A DNA stretch of 64,000 nt from Hyphomicrobiales bacterium (GCA_016124805.1 WGND01000002.1:16594-80593); one strand, 5' to 3'. Counted from the stretch's first letter, positions 1-9,247 are shown. Made by a program: numbers and translations. Notes: generated by a model from the sequence alone, not told the origin.

Positions 1-1
1 G

Positions 2-772
2 TTCTTTGCGCCGGATGCGCCCTTTTTCCGCCTGACTCCCTTCCGGGCCAAAGCCCGTCTGCTGGAAGGCTTCGGCGTCGATCTTCTTGTCGCCCTGCCC
101 TTTGATGCAGCCATGTCGCAGCGCCAGCCCGTCGAATTTGTGCATGATGTGCTGGTGCAGGGGCTTCAGGCCTCCCATGTTGTGGCAGGATATGATCATC
201 ATTTCGGCAAGGGCCGGGGTGGTGATGCCACGGCCTTGCGTTATTTCGGCGAGATGGAGGGATTTGGCGTGTCGATCGTTTCAGAAGAACGTGACGGTGA
301 AACAGCCGTGTCTTCCTCCCGCATCCGCGCCCTGCTTGCCGAGGGCAAGGCTCGGGAGGCCGCCCAGTTGCTCGGCCATTGGTGGAGCGTGGAGGGCGTG
401 GTGCAGCAAGGCGACCAGCGCGGTCGCACCATCGGCTTTGCCACTGCCAATCTGCCGCTGATGGATCATGTGGAGCCTGCCTTCGGTGTCTATGCCGTAC
501 TCATCGAAATCGAGGATGGTGACCTCAAGGGCCATTATCGCGGAGTCGCCAATGTCGGGCGGCGCCCCACTTTCGACAAAGCCGATGTGCTGCTGGAAGT
601 GCATATTTTCGATTTTGAAGGCGATATTTACGGTGCCCATGTTGCCGTCTCGCTGATTGAGCACATAAGACCTGAATTGAAATTCAGCGGTATCGATGCG
701 CTGAAGGAACAGATTGCCATCGACAGCGGCAAGGCCCGCCTCATTCTCGATGCCCTGCCGGATGCATCATGA
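2..772 (+). CDS. ribF: Bifunctional riboflavin kinase / FAD synthetase, C-terminal part (5' end lies outside the window)
   Basis: The frame is open from base 2. The translation (..GYDHHFGKGRGGD.., SSSRIR.LL..G.., GRTIGF.TANL, EVHIFDF.GDIYG) is typical of RibF. Its stop overlaps the next start as ATGA. Confidence 0.9.
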   Translation, partial: FFAPDAPFFRLTPFRAKARLLEGFGVDLLVALPFDAAMSQRQPVEFVHDVLVQGLQASHVVAGYDHHFGKGRGGDATALRYFGEMEGFGVSIVSEERDGETAVSSSRIRALLAEGKAREAAQLLGHWWSVEGVVQQGDQRGRTIGFATANLPLMDHVEPAFGVYAVLIEIEDGDLKGHYRGVANVGRRPTFDKADVLLEVHIFDFEGDIYGAHVAVSLIEHIRPELKFSGIDALKEQIAIDSGKARLILDALPDAS

Positions 773-1434
773 GCGATCTTTTGGTCCCCGCCGACCATCG
801 CCGCTTCATCCTCGACAATACCCTGCTTCATGAACCGCCCCTCGTGCCCGAAATGTGCCTGCATCTGGCCAGCGAAATTGTGCCCATCTGGCAGATGACC
901 GAAGAAGAACTGGCAGAAAACGGCCTTCCGCCGCCCTTCTGGGCCTTTGCCTGGGCTGGCGGGCAGGCGCTCTCACGCTATATACTGGATCATGATTCAT
1001 TTGTTTCCGGCAAGCATGTGCTTGATTTTGGCGCTGGCAGCGGCATGGTCGGCATCGCCGCGATGAAGGCGAATGCCGCTTCAGTTCTTAGCGCCGATAT
1101 TGACACCTTCGCCGTGACGGCCTGCCGCCTCAATGCGGAAGTGAACGCGGTTTCACTTGATGTGACATCCGAGGACATTATCGGCCAGGATCGGGGCTGG
1201 GACGTCATTCTGGTTGGTGACATGTGCTATGAGGGGCCGCTTTCCAAAAGAATAGAAATCTGGCTTCGCAGCTTGGTGGCGCGCGGCGCCCTGGTGCTGA
1301 TCGGCGATCCGGGTCGCACCTATCTGCCCAGGAGCGGCATGGAGAAGCTCGTCTCCTATGCCGTCATGACCACCCGCGAGCTGGAAGATACCGATGTGCG
1401 CAATACCAGCGTGTGGCGGCTTCTGGCAGAGTGA
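769..1434 (+). CDS. Class I SAM-dependent methyltransferase (small protein-methyltransferase-like)
   Basis: 221-aa ORF with the SAM-binding motif VLDFGAGSGMVGIAA and a DIDTFA motif. The ATGA overlap with ribF suggests translational coupling. Confidence 0.7.
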   Translation: MSDLLVPADHRRFILDNTLLHEPPLVPEMCLHLASEIVPIWQMTEEELAENGLPPPFWAFAWAGGQALSRYILDHDSFVSGKHVLDFGAGSGMVGIAAMKANAASVLSADIDTFAVTACRLNAEVNAVSLDVTSEDIIGQDRGWDVILVGDMCYEGPLSKRIEIWLRSLVARGALVLIGDPGRTYLPRSGMEKLVSYAVMTTRELEDTDVRNTSVWRLLAE

Positions 1435-1617
1435 ACCTGAGTTCACTTATTTTGCGCGTCATTGAACCACCTCGATAAATGGCGTCATCTCGTTCAAACT
1501 TCGACAGACGTTTCACCTGAATCGAACAGCATTTGTGCGCCTTTCCTCTCCCAAAAGACAAGAAAATGACTAAACTCAAGTCAATTCTAAAATGGAACCT
1601 GAACAGGAAACAGCCCC

Positions 1618-2406
1618 ATGACAGAGATGATCCAGCGCAGCCTTGAAAATGGCGTTCTGACGCTGACCATGAACCGGCCGGACAAGAAAAACGCGCTCAC
1701 GGAAGCGATGTATGCCGCCCTTGCCGATGGTCTGGAAGAGGCCGAGCGCGACCCCCAAATCCGCGTGACACTGATCCTTGCCAATGGCGATGCCTTCACA
1801 GCCGGCAATGACATGGGCGATTTTGCCGCCCGCGGCAGCGCAGACCCCAAGCCGCAGAGCAATGAAACCCACCCGACGACGCGCTTCCTCCAGAATCTGG
1901 CCACCATCCGCAAGCCGCTGGTGGCGGGCGTCAATGGTCTGGCTGTCGGCGTCGGCGTCACCATGCTGCTGCATTGCGACCTTGCCTTTGCGGGCAAAAG
2001 CGCGACCTTTGCCATGCCTTTCGTCAATCTCGGCCTGGTGCCTGAAGCGGGCTCAACCTTTCTTCTGCCGCGCCTGATCGGCCAGCAGAAATCCGCCCAG
2101 CTTCTTCTCCTCGGCAAGAAGATTGATGCCGACAAGGCCGAAGCCCTCGGGCTCGTGGCCGAGGTTGTGTCTGACGACAAGCTGCGCGAGACCGCGACAG
2201 CTGCCGCCCATGAGCTTGCCGCCAAGGCGCCCAACGCCGTGCTGGCGACCAAGGCCCTGCTGCGCGACGGCGACCGCGACACTGTCATGTCGCAGATGAA
2301 GGAAGAGGGCGAGATTTTTGCGGCCCAGCTTCGTTCCGCCGAGGTCAAGGAAGCCATCAGCGCCTTTTTTGAAAAGCGCAAACCCGACTTCTCGAAAGTT
2401 TCCTGA
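1618..2406 (+). CDS. Enoyl-CoA hydratase/isomerase (crotonase) family protein
   Basis: 262 aa with LTLTMNRPDKKNAL, FTAGNDM, AGVNGLAVGVG and FEKRKPDF, which are classic crotonase-fold motifs. Confidence 0.85.
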   Translation: MTEMIQRSLENGVLTLTMNRPDKKNALTEAMYAALADGLEEAERDPQIRVTLILANGDAFTAGNDMGDFAARGSADPKPQSNETHPTTRFLQNLATIRKPLVAGVNGLAVGVGVTMLLHCDLAFAGKSATFAMPFVNLGLVPEAGSTFLLPRLIGQQKSAQLLLLGKKIDADKAEALGLVAEVVSDDKLRETATAAAHELAAKAPNAVLATKALLRDGDRDTVMSQMKEEGEIFAAQLRSAEVKEAISAFFEKRKPDFSKVS

Positions 2407-2503
2407 CCCCGCCGCCGATTTGGCCTTGATGGCGGCATCGACAGCCATGACATAGACCTCACAGAAACAATCAGGGGCAAGGCCCCAAGGGTGAGGGACT
2501 ATC

Positions 2504-3010
2504 ATGACACTTTCGATGTATCAGGCTTCGATCCCCGTGATGCTGCAGATGTTTGGCAGCGTTGCGGGGCTTCTCGACAAGGCGGTCGCCCATTGCGAGG
2601 CCCACAAGATCGACCCGCAGGTGATGCTGAATTATCGCCTGGCGGCGGACATGCATCCGCTGACGCGCCAGATCCAGATCATGTCGGATCAGGCCAAGCT
2701 CGCCTCGGCCCGTCTTGCCGGCGTGGACGCCCCGCCCTTCCCCGATGAAGAGGCAAGCTTTGAGGAACTCAAGGCCCGCATCCACAAGACCGTCGCCTTT
2801 CTCAAGACGCTGACACCGGCACAGATCGATGGCACCGAAGACAAGGCGATCACGCTGAAATTTCCGGGCATGGAGCTGAATCTCACCGGCCAGCAATATC
2901 TGATGCATTTCTTCATGCCGAATTTCTTCTTTCACGCCAGCACGGCCTACAACATCATGCGCCATGCCGGCGTCGTGATCGGCAAGCGCGATTTCGTCGG
3001 CGCGTTCTGA
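2504..3010 (+). CDS. DUF1993 domain protein (DinB/YfiT-like helical bundle)
   Basis: 168 aa. The N-terminus MYQASIPVMLQMF... and the C-terminal FFFHASTAYNIMRHAGVVIGKRDF match my memory of the DUF1993 family. Confidence 0.7.
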   Translation: MTLSMYQASIPVMLQMFGSVAGLLDKAVAHCEAHKIDPQVMLNYRLAADMHPLTRQIQIMSDQAKLASARLAGVDAPPFPDEEASFEELKARIHKTVAFLKTLTPAQIDGTEDKAITLKFPGMELNLTGQQYLMHFFMPNFFFHASTAYNIMRHAGVVIGKRDFVGAF

Positions 3011-3039
3011 GCCGGACAATCGGAAACCCGGACAAGCAA

Positions 3040-3069
3040 ACCCCCCGGCCTTGCGGTCGGGGGTTTTTC
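3040..3069. terminator. Rho-independent terminator hairpin between convergent genes (probably bidirectional)
   Basis: CCCCCGGCC-TTGC-GGTCGGGGG is followed by TTTTT on the + strand and preceded by AAA, so there is a T-run on the - strand as well. Confidence 0.65.
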
Positions 3070-3091
3070 GTCGTCGGCAGCAGTTGCGATC

Positions 3092-3721
3092 TCAAATGGC
3101 GCTGGTGGTCTGATAGGCGAGGGGTCGGGCGCCCCCGCTCAGGCGTTGCGTAAACAGGCGGGGCTGGCCGGAACAGCCAAAGCTGATCGGGCGGCGATTG
3201 GTCAGCGGATTTGCCCCCGAATGGGGTTGCGGATTGTCGATGCGCAGGCTGCCCAGACGTCGCTCGGCTTCGCGCAGCGCGCCTTCCTTGTCTTCCAGCA
3301 GCAGCTTCAGGCCCAGCACGCGGCCCCAGCCGCGCCAGCGGGCAGCGGCATCGCCCCCGTCAAAGGAGGCATGCAGCGTGATGGTGCGGCGCTCATCCGT
3401 GGCGTGGATCAGGTCCACCAGAATGACGGGCGCCTCGCCCGAGGCATCGCGCCAGGCGACGCGCAGGGCAATGGCATTGTAAGCGCTCAAAGGCTCGGCC
3501 CAGTGGAAAAGGCCGAAAATGGGTGAGCTGTCGGTTGCCTTGATGGCGTCCTTGAAAATGGTTGCATAGCGGATGAAGCCGACCACGCGCGACAGCAGCG
3601 CCGTCGGCTTGATGGCGACATGCTGGGGCAGCGCAAAGGGATCGGCGTCAATCTCGCCGCCGCTCCAGCGTTTGCGTTTCTGGCCGTATGTCACTGCCAG
3701 CCCCATATTCATCTCCTGCAA
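3092..3721 (-). CDS. Conserved hypothetical protein (no family recognised with confidence)
   Basis: 209-aa ORF with codon usage like its neighbours. It is divergent from ubiD and I recognised no motif. Confidence 0.5.
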   Translation of the reverse strand: MQEMNMGLAVTYGQKRKRWSGGEIDADPFALPQHVAIKPTALLSRVVGFIRYATIFKDAIKATDSSPIFGLFHWAEPLSAYNAIALRVAWRDASGEAPVILVDLIHATDERRTITLHASFDGGDAAARWRGWGRVLGLKLLLEDKEGALREAERRLGSLRIDNPQPHSGANPLTNRRPISFGCSGQPRLFTQRLSGGARPLAYQTTSAI

Positions 3722-3897
3722 GCGATCCTCCGAAAGCCGGTCAGGCTCCCTTATTGTCTTAAGACTAAGCCCGGACCTCTTGGCATAGGATTAACAAAAC
3801 CGGACAAATGCGCCGAATTGGGACCGATTTGGCAGATGGGTTCGATTCCGGCATTCTGCGACCGACCCGAGCGGGTCAGACTTCTGAAAGAGAGACC

Positions 3898-5424
3898 ATG
3901 TCCTACACGTCCCTGCGCGATTTTCTGGCAAAACTGGATGCAGATGGCGATCTGGCGCGCGTCAGCGAGCCCGTTTCCACCGTGCTGGAAATGACAGAGA
4001 TCCAGACACGGCTTCTGGCCGAGGGCGGGCCTGCGGTGCTCTTTGAAAAGCCCGTCATGCCGGATGGCTCGATTTCCTCCGTCCCCGTGCTCGTCAATCT
4101 CTTTGGCACGGTGGAGCGGGTCGCCCAGGCCGTCACCATGGGCGGGGTTGAGCGGCGCAAGGCCAAGGACCTGCGCATTGTCGGCGAGACGCTTGCCTTT
4201 CTGCGCCAGCCCGAGCCGCCGGGCGGCTTTCGCGAGGCCGTCGGCATGCTGCCGCTGTTGCGCACCGTCATGGCAATGAAACCGAAAACGGTTTCCTCCG
4301 CGCCATGCCAGGAAGTGGTGCTGACCGGCGATGAGATTGACCTGACCAAGCTGCCGGTGCAGGGCTGCTGGCCGGGCGAGCCCGCGCCGCTCATCACATG
4401 GCCGCTCATCGTCACCAAGGGGCCGTCAGGCGCCCGCGAGGATGATTATAATCTCGGCATCTATCGCATGCAGGTGCTGGGGCCCGACAAGACCATCATG
4501 CGCTGGCTCGCCCATCGCGGCGGGGCCCAGCATCATCGTCGCTGGAAGGATGAAAAACGCGAGCCGCTGCCCGCCGCCATCGTCATCGGCGCTGATCCCG
4601 GCACGATCCTCGCGGCGGTCACTCCTGTGCCCGACACGCTGAGCGAATATCAATTCGCAGGCCTCCTGCGCGGCGAGAAGGTCGAGCTTGTCGACTGCAA
4701 AACCATCCCCCTCAAAGTGCCGGCCCAGGCCGAGATCATCATCGAAGGCCATGTCTCGCTTGATGACTATGCCGATGAAGGCCCCTATGGCGACCACACG
4801 GGTTATTACAACTCAGTCGAGAAATTCCCCGTCTTCACGGTGAGCGCCATCACCATGCGGCGCGAACCGATCTATCTTTCGACCTTTACGGGCCGGCCGC
4901 CGGATGAACCATCCGTGCTGGGCGAAGCGCTCAACGAGGTTTTCATCCCGCTGCTACAACAGCAGTTCCCCGAGATTGTCGATTTCTGGCTGCCGCCTGA
5001 AGGCTGCTCCTATCGCATTGCCGTGATCTCGATGAAGAAGGCCTATCCGGGCCATGCCAAGCGCGTGATGATGGGCGCCTGGTCCTATCTGCGCCAGTTC
5101 ATGTACACCAAATGGATCATTGTCGTGGATGACGATATTGATGCACGCGACTGGAAGGACGTCATGTGGGCGATCAGTACACGGATGGACCCTGTGCGCG
5201 ATGTCACCATGATCGAGAATACGCCGATCGACTATCTTGATTTCGCCTCGCCCGAGTCCGGCCTTGGCGGCAAGATGGGGCTGGACGCCACCAACAAGTG
5301 GCCGCCCGAAACCCATCGCGAATGGGGCGAGAAGATCCGCATGGATCAGGATGTCATCGACGAGGTGACGCGCAAATGGTCAAGCCTTGGCCTGCCCGGT
5401 ACCGGCAAACCGATCTGGAAGTGA
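3898..5424 (+). CDS. ubiD: UbiD-family decarboxylase (4-hydroxy-3-polyprenylbenzoate decarboxylase)
   Basis: The N-terminus [26 protein letters not shown] and the full-length similarity pattern are typical of UbiD. I chose the ATG at 3898 (M31 of the listed ORF) because UbiD proteins begin this way. Confidence 0.9.
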   Translation: MSYTSLRDFLAKLDADGDLARVSEPVSTVLEMTEIQTRLLAEGGPAVLFEKPVMPDGSISSVPVLVNLFGTVERVAQAVTMGGVERRKAKDLRIVGETLAFLRQPEPPGGFREAVGMLPLLRTVMAMKPKTVSSAPCQEVVLTGDEIDLTKLPVQGCWPGEPAPLITWPLIVTKGPSGAREDDYNLGIYRMQVLGPDKTIMRWLAHRGGAQHHRRWKDEKREPLPAAIVIGADPGTILAAVTPVPDTLSEYQFAGLLRGEKVELVDCKTIPLKVPAQAEIIIEGHVSLDDYADEGPYGDHTGYYNSVEKFPVFTVSAITMRREPIYLSTFTGRPPDEPSVLGEALNEVFIPLLQQQFPEIVDFWLPPEGCSYRIAVISMKKAYPGHAKRVMMGAWSYLRQFMYTKWIIVVDDDIDARDWKDVMWAISTRMDPVRDVTMIENTPIDYLDFASPESGLGGKMGLDATNKWPPETHREWGEKIRMDQDVIDEVTRKWSSLGLPGTGKPIWK

Positions 5425-5454
5425 GGGGTGGCTGCGGCCACCCCGCGCCTCTGA

Positions 5455-6033
5455 CTATTCCGCCTTCACGAATTCGGCTTCGATGCGGACATTCACCTCA
5501 TCGCCCACGAAGGGCACCCAGGTGTTGATGCCGAAATCAGAGCGCTTGAACTTGCCCAGCGCCGAAAAGCCGATGCGGTCAGGACCGCCGCCTGGCGTCG
5601 CCCCCATGCCATTGAGCTTGGCAATCAGCGTCACAGGCTTGGTGACATCACGGATGGTAAGATTGCCGACGATCTCGGCTGTCTTCTCATCAACCAGTTT
5701 CACATTGACCGTCTTGAAGGTGATCTCGGGATATTTCACCCCGTCCAGCGCTTCTTCCAGCACCTTCTTTTTCAGGACCTCGTTGTTGCTGTCATAGCTG
5801 TCGACCATGATGGTCGCCTCGACACGCGCTTTTTCGGGCGCGTCCTTGTCGATTGTCAGCGTGGCACGGGATTCATTGAAGCGCATCACATAATGCGAAT
5901 AGCCCAGATGATCGACATCAAAGGTGATGCTGAAATGGGTGGGCTCTTCCACATAGGTCTCGGCCTGGGCCGGCAGGCTGGAAAAGGCGATGGCGCCTGC
6001 AAGGGCGGCGGCGGAAATCCATTTGAAGGTCAT
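5455..6033 (-). CDS. YceI-family periplasmic polyisoprenoid-binding protein
   Basis: It has a signal peptide (MTFKWISAAALAGAIAFSSLPAQA) and YceI-like motifs (GNLTIRDVTKPVTL, FKRSDFGI). The start is trimmed to the ATG at 6033. Confidence 0.85.
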   Translation of the reverse strand: MTFKWISAAALAGAIAFSSLPAQAETYVEEPTHFSITFDVDHLGYSHYVMRFNESRATLTIDKDAPEKARVEATIMVDSYDSNNEVLKKKVLEEALDGVKYPEITFKTVNVKLVDEKTAEIVGNLTIRDVTKPVTLIAKLNGMGATPGGGPDRIGFSALGKFKRSDFGINTWVPFVGDEVNVRIEAEFVKAE

Positions 6034-6034
6034 G

Positions 6035-6625
6035 TCAGCTCCCTGATGTTGTGGCATTGAGATCGATCCTGATCTTGACGGCGACACCGGCAATTTCCGG
6101 CCCGCCCCATTGTCCCACGCCAATATTGAAATTGGTGCGGTCGATTGTTGTCTCACCCGTCACATGGGCGGTGTCATTCTGGATATCGAGACGGAAGGGC
6201 AAGGCGAGTGGCTGCGACACACCCTTGAGGCTAAGCATGCCATTGGCGACATATTGGCCATCGCCCTTGTCCTCAAAGCTGGTGGCTTCAAAAACACCCT
6301 GCGGAAAACCGGGCACGTCAAACCAGGCATCAAGCGGCAAAAGCTGATCCTTCTGTTCGTCCCCCGTCAGGCAGGAAGCCATGTTGATGGTCACCTTGAC
6401 GCTGGACTGATCCAGCGCGGCGGGATCAAAGGCAATCTCGCTGTCGAATTTATTGCAGTGGCCCTGAAAGACCGTGCCATCGCCCGTGGTGCCTTCCCAT
6501 GTGATCACGCCATCCTTCTGGGTCACCTGCCAGAGCGGCACGGCATGGGCCGCCATCGGCAAGGCAAGCGCGAAAAACAGCGCGGCCATCGTCAACGGTT
6601 TGAAGAGATGTGAAACAGGCATCAT
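6035..6625 (-). CDS. YceI-like domain protein
   Basis: It has a signal peptide and GMLSLKGVSQPLALPF / IDRTNFNIG motifs. It sits in an operon with cytochrome b561 and the second YceI gene. Confidence 0.75.
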   Translation of the reverse strand: MMPVSHLFKPLTMAALFFALALPMAAHAVPLWQVTQKDGVITWEGTTGDGTVFQGHCNKFDSEIAFDPAALDQSSVKVTINMASCLTGDEQKDQLLPLDAWFDVPGFPQGVFEATSFEDKGDGQYVANGMLSLKGVSQPLALPFRLDIQNDTAHVTGETTIDRTNFNIGVGQWGGPEIAGVAVKIRIDLNATTSGS

Positions 6626-7218
6626 GGCGTTTCCTTATCGCTGGCTTTGCGCCGCCGCTCGGGCAGCATGCGCCGCAGAATGTCGTCCTTGCGAATAACA
6701 TGATGATAGAGCGCTGCCGCCACATGGCCAACCACCAGCGCGCTCGCCGTCCAGGCAATCACTTCATGGGCCTCGCTCGCCCATTCATTGATCAGCGCCT
6801 TGTGGGGGCTTGCGGCAATAAACCCGATATGGGGCAGATGGATTGTCTTGAAGAGGATGGTCGGCAGGCCGAGCGAGGAGGACGAAACAACAACCCAGCC
6901 CGTGAGCGGCATCAGAAAGAGGGCGGCATAGAGGCCATAATGGGTGAGATGCATGGCCGCCTTTTCATAGGGCCTGAGCGGCGGGGCGGCGGGCAGCGGC
7001 TGTGTCTGGCGCCAGATGAGGCGCAGCACCACCAGCGCCAAAATCAGCATGCCGAATGATTTGTGCCACTGGAAAAGCGGAAAGGTCCATGGATTGGCCA
7101 GCGGCAGGTTGGTCATGGTGAGGCCAAGACCGATCATGCCGATAAAGAGCAGCGCAATCAGCCAGTGAAAGCTGATGGCGATGGTGCCGAAGCGGCTCTG
7201 TGTATTTCTCAGTGACAT
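6622..7218 (-). CDS. Cytochrome b561 family protein
   Basis: FGTIAISFHWLIALLFIG..., four transmembrane segments and conserved His residues. The start was chosen at the ATG at 7218, which is preceded by a GGAGA ribosome-binding site. The stop overlaps the downstream YceI start. Confidence 0.8.
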   Translation of the reverse strand: MSLRNTQSRFGTIAISFHWLIALLFIGMIGLGLTMTNLPLANPWTFPLFQWHKSFGMLILALVVLRLIWRQTQPLPAAPPLRPYEKAAMHLTHYGLYAALFLMPLTGWVVVSSSSLGLPTILFKTIHLPHIGFIAASPHKALINEWASEAHEVIAWTASALVVGHVAAALYHHVIRKDDILRRMLPERRRKASDKETP

Positions 7219-7315
7219 CTGGTCTCCTTGCCTGCCTTCTGCATCATTGGAGCTGCATAATATGGCCGGGGCATGACAGCATTGCAGAGTTGCCCACTTC
7301 ACCTAGAATGCGCGC

Positions 7316-7741
7316 ATGATTGAAATAGGTGACAGGCTGAGCATAGACGAGCGCGAAATCAGCGTGACCTATATCCGTGCGGGTGGTCCGGGTGGCCAGA
7401 ATGTCAACAAGGTCTCGACGGCGGCCCAGCTTCGCTTTGACGTGGCGCAGTCGCATTCCCTGCCCGAGCGGGTGAAAACGCGGCTGATGAATATTGCCGG
7501 CAGCCGCATCACCAAGGATGGCGTCATTGTCATCACCGCCAATCGTTTCCGCACCCAGGAGGCCAATCGCAAGGATGCCCTCGACCGGCTGGTCGGCCTG
7601 ATTGCCGATGCCGCCGTCACGCCGAAATACCGCGTTCCCACGCGCCCCAGTCTGGGCGCCAAGCGCCGCCGCGTTGAGACCAAGGTCAAGCGCGGCGCGA
7701 GCAAGCGCCTGCGGGCCCGACCCGTCGGATCGGATGAATGA
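7316..7741 (+). CDS. arfB: Alternative ribosome-rescue factor ArfB (peptidyl-tRNA hydrolase, YaeJ-like)
   Basis: 141 aa with the GGQ motif (GPGGQNVNKV) and a basic C-terminal tail (KRRRVETKVKRGASKRLR). Confidence 0.85.
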   Translation: MIEIGDRLSIDEREISVTYIRAGGPGGQNVNKVSTAAQLRFDVAQSHSLPERVKTRLMNIAGSRITKDGVIVITANRFRTQEANRKDALDRLVGLIADAAVTPKYRVPTRPSLGAKRRRVETKVKRGASKRLRARPVGSDE

Positions 7742-8031
7742 GCGATCAGAAGGAAACTGTCTCCCGGCCATGGTTTGTCTATCTCCTCCAATGCGGTGAT
7801 GGCAGCATCTATACCGGCATCACCACAGACATCGCGCGGCGCCTCGCCATGCATGAAAGCGGCAAGGGTGCAAAATATACCCGCATGCGGGGTCCCCTCA
7901 CTTTGCTCGGCCTCGAAGCCTATCCCGACCGGTCGAGCGCCTCACGCGCCGAATATGCCATCAAGCAGTTGAGCCCGGCCGCCAAGCGCGAAAAGGCGCT
8001 GGCTATGATGTCGGCTCATCCTTCGCGGTAA
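7738..8031 (+). CDS. GIY-YIG nuclease family protein (UPF0213/YhbQ-like)
   Basis: 97 aa with WFVYLLQCGDGSIYTGITTDIARRLAMH, which is the GIY-YIG signature. Its start overlaps the arfB stop as ATGA. Confidence 0.8.
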   Translation: MSDQKETVSRPWFVYLLQCGDGSIYTGITTDIARRLAMHESGKGAKYTRMRGPLTLLGLEAYPDRSSASRAEYAIKQLSPAAKREKALAMMSAHPSR

Positions 8032-9010
8032 CTGTCGGCACGTCATCATTCTTCTGGAAGCTCGTAATGATGACGGAGACGATCACACCAATCGTGAGCA
8101 GCGAAAAGGTGACACCCAGCGAAATCGCCGGATCTATCTTCTCGAAAAACTCATTGTAGAAAATCTTGCCGCCGATAAAGACCAGCACCAGCGCGAGCGC
8201 ATATTTGAGATAGGCAAAGCGATGGATCACGGCCGCCAGCGCAAAATAAAGCGCGCGCAAGCCGAGAATGGCGAAGATATTGCTCGTATAGACGATGAAA
8301 GTGTCCTGGGTGATGGCAAAGATCGCCGGCACGCTGTCAACGGCGAAGACGACATCGGCGAGCTCCACCAGAATGAGCGTGAGCAGGAGCGGCGTGGCAT
8401 AGAGTTTCATCTTCCCCGTTTCGGGGTTCTTCTCGCGCGCGATGAATTGATGCCCGTGGATATTATGCGTCAGCGGAATATGGCGCTGGAGAAATTTGAC
8501 GACGGGATGTTCGGCAATCGGTCGCTCATGCTCGGGCGAAAAGATCATCTTGATGCCGGTGAGGATCAGGAAACCGCCAAAGACAAAAAGGATCCAGTGA
8601 TATTCGCGCACCAGCGCTGCACCGAGGCCGATCATCAGGCCACGCAGCAGAATGACACCCAGCACACCCCAGAAGAGCACGCGATGCTGATAGAGCCGCG
8701 GCACATCGAAGGAGGCAAAGATCAGGGAAATGACAAAGACGTTATCAAGGGAAAGAGATTTCTCGACAACATAGCCGGTGAAATATTCGATGCCGCGTTC
8801 CGGGCCCTGAATGTTCCAGACGGCGGCGCCAAAAAGGCAGGCCACACAGATATAGAAAAGCGAAAGCCAGAGACTTTCCTGTATGCCGATCTCATGGTCC
8901 TTCTTGTTCAGAACACCAAGGTCAAAAGCCAGAAGGGCAAGCACGATGACAAAGAAGCTAATCCACGCCCAGCATGGCGCGCCCAAATAATCTGTCAGGA
9001 AAAATTCCAT
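8003..9010 (-). CDS. TerC/Alx-family integral membrane protein
   Basis: 335 aa, multi-transmembrane, with EKSLSLDNVFVI and LADVVFAVDSVPAIFA motifs characteristic of TerC. Confidence 0.85.
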   Translation of the reverse strand: MEFFLTDYLGAPCWAWISFFVIVLALLAFDLGVLNKKDHEIGIQESLWLSLFYICVACLFGAAVWNIQGPERGIEYFTGYVVEKSLSLDNVFVISLIFASFDVPRLYQHRVLFWGVLGVILLRGLMIGLGAALVREYHWILFVFGGFLILTGIKMIFSPEHERPIAEHPVVKFLQRHIPLTHNIHGHQFIAREKNPETGKMKLYATPLLLTLILVELADVVFAVDSVPAIFAITQDTFIVYTSNIFAILGLRALYFALAAVIHRFAYLKYALALVLVFIGGKIFYNEFFEKIDPAISLGVTFSLLTIGVIVSVIITSFQKNDDVPTVTAKDEPTS

Positions 9011-9240
9011 TACGGACCCAAATTGATCTCGCGCTGCGAGCGCGCGAATGACTCCCCGTCAGTGGTGTGGCACCCCCTGCCACCGGAGGTGCCCGCGCCT
9101 CCGTCTATGAGAAATGGGGAGCGTTTGCCCCACTTCAAGTGGGTAGAAAGCGAAAGTAATCCCCATCCACCTGCCCGGAGGTGCCAAGCAAGTGGCCGCG
9201 TGATAGCCTGCTGGCCACCGAACAGAATCGGCTTAAATCA
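9011..9240 (-). promoter_or_regulatory. Structured 5' leader of the TerC gene; candidate (divergent) yybP-ykoY/Mn2+-type riboswitch
   Basis: On the - strand there are three adjacent hairpins (9143-9129, 9103-9084, 9083-9067). They are bracketed by a possible closing helix GUGGAU (9170-9165) / AUUCGC (9049-9044). G-rich motifs GGGGAUUAC (9164-9156) and GACGGGGAGUC (9060-9050) are present. An 11-nt direct repeat GGCACCUCCGG occurs at 9185-9175 and 9093-9083. Confidence 0.3.
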
Positions 9241-9247
9241 GCCTTCA

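Noticed and set aside
3808-3897. 5' extensions of listed ORFs, here ubiD. The same applies at 5455-6156, 6622-7302, 12826, 14911, 26229, 30183, 32591-33382, 44356, 47402, 52714-53487, 57286-58293 and 61826.
   Set aside because: The longest-ORF starts run into upstream genes or intergenic DNA. Internal ATGs with ribosome-binding sites and family-typical N-termini were chosen instead.
9175-9190. TGGCAC-N5-GGCA on the - strand, considered as a sigma54 -24/-12 promoter for TerC
   Set aside because: The GC of the -12 element is displaced by one position relative to TGGCAC-N5-TTGC. The same GGCACCTCCGG sequence is repeated 92 nt downstream, so it is better explained as part of the RNA structure.
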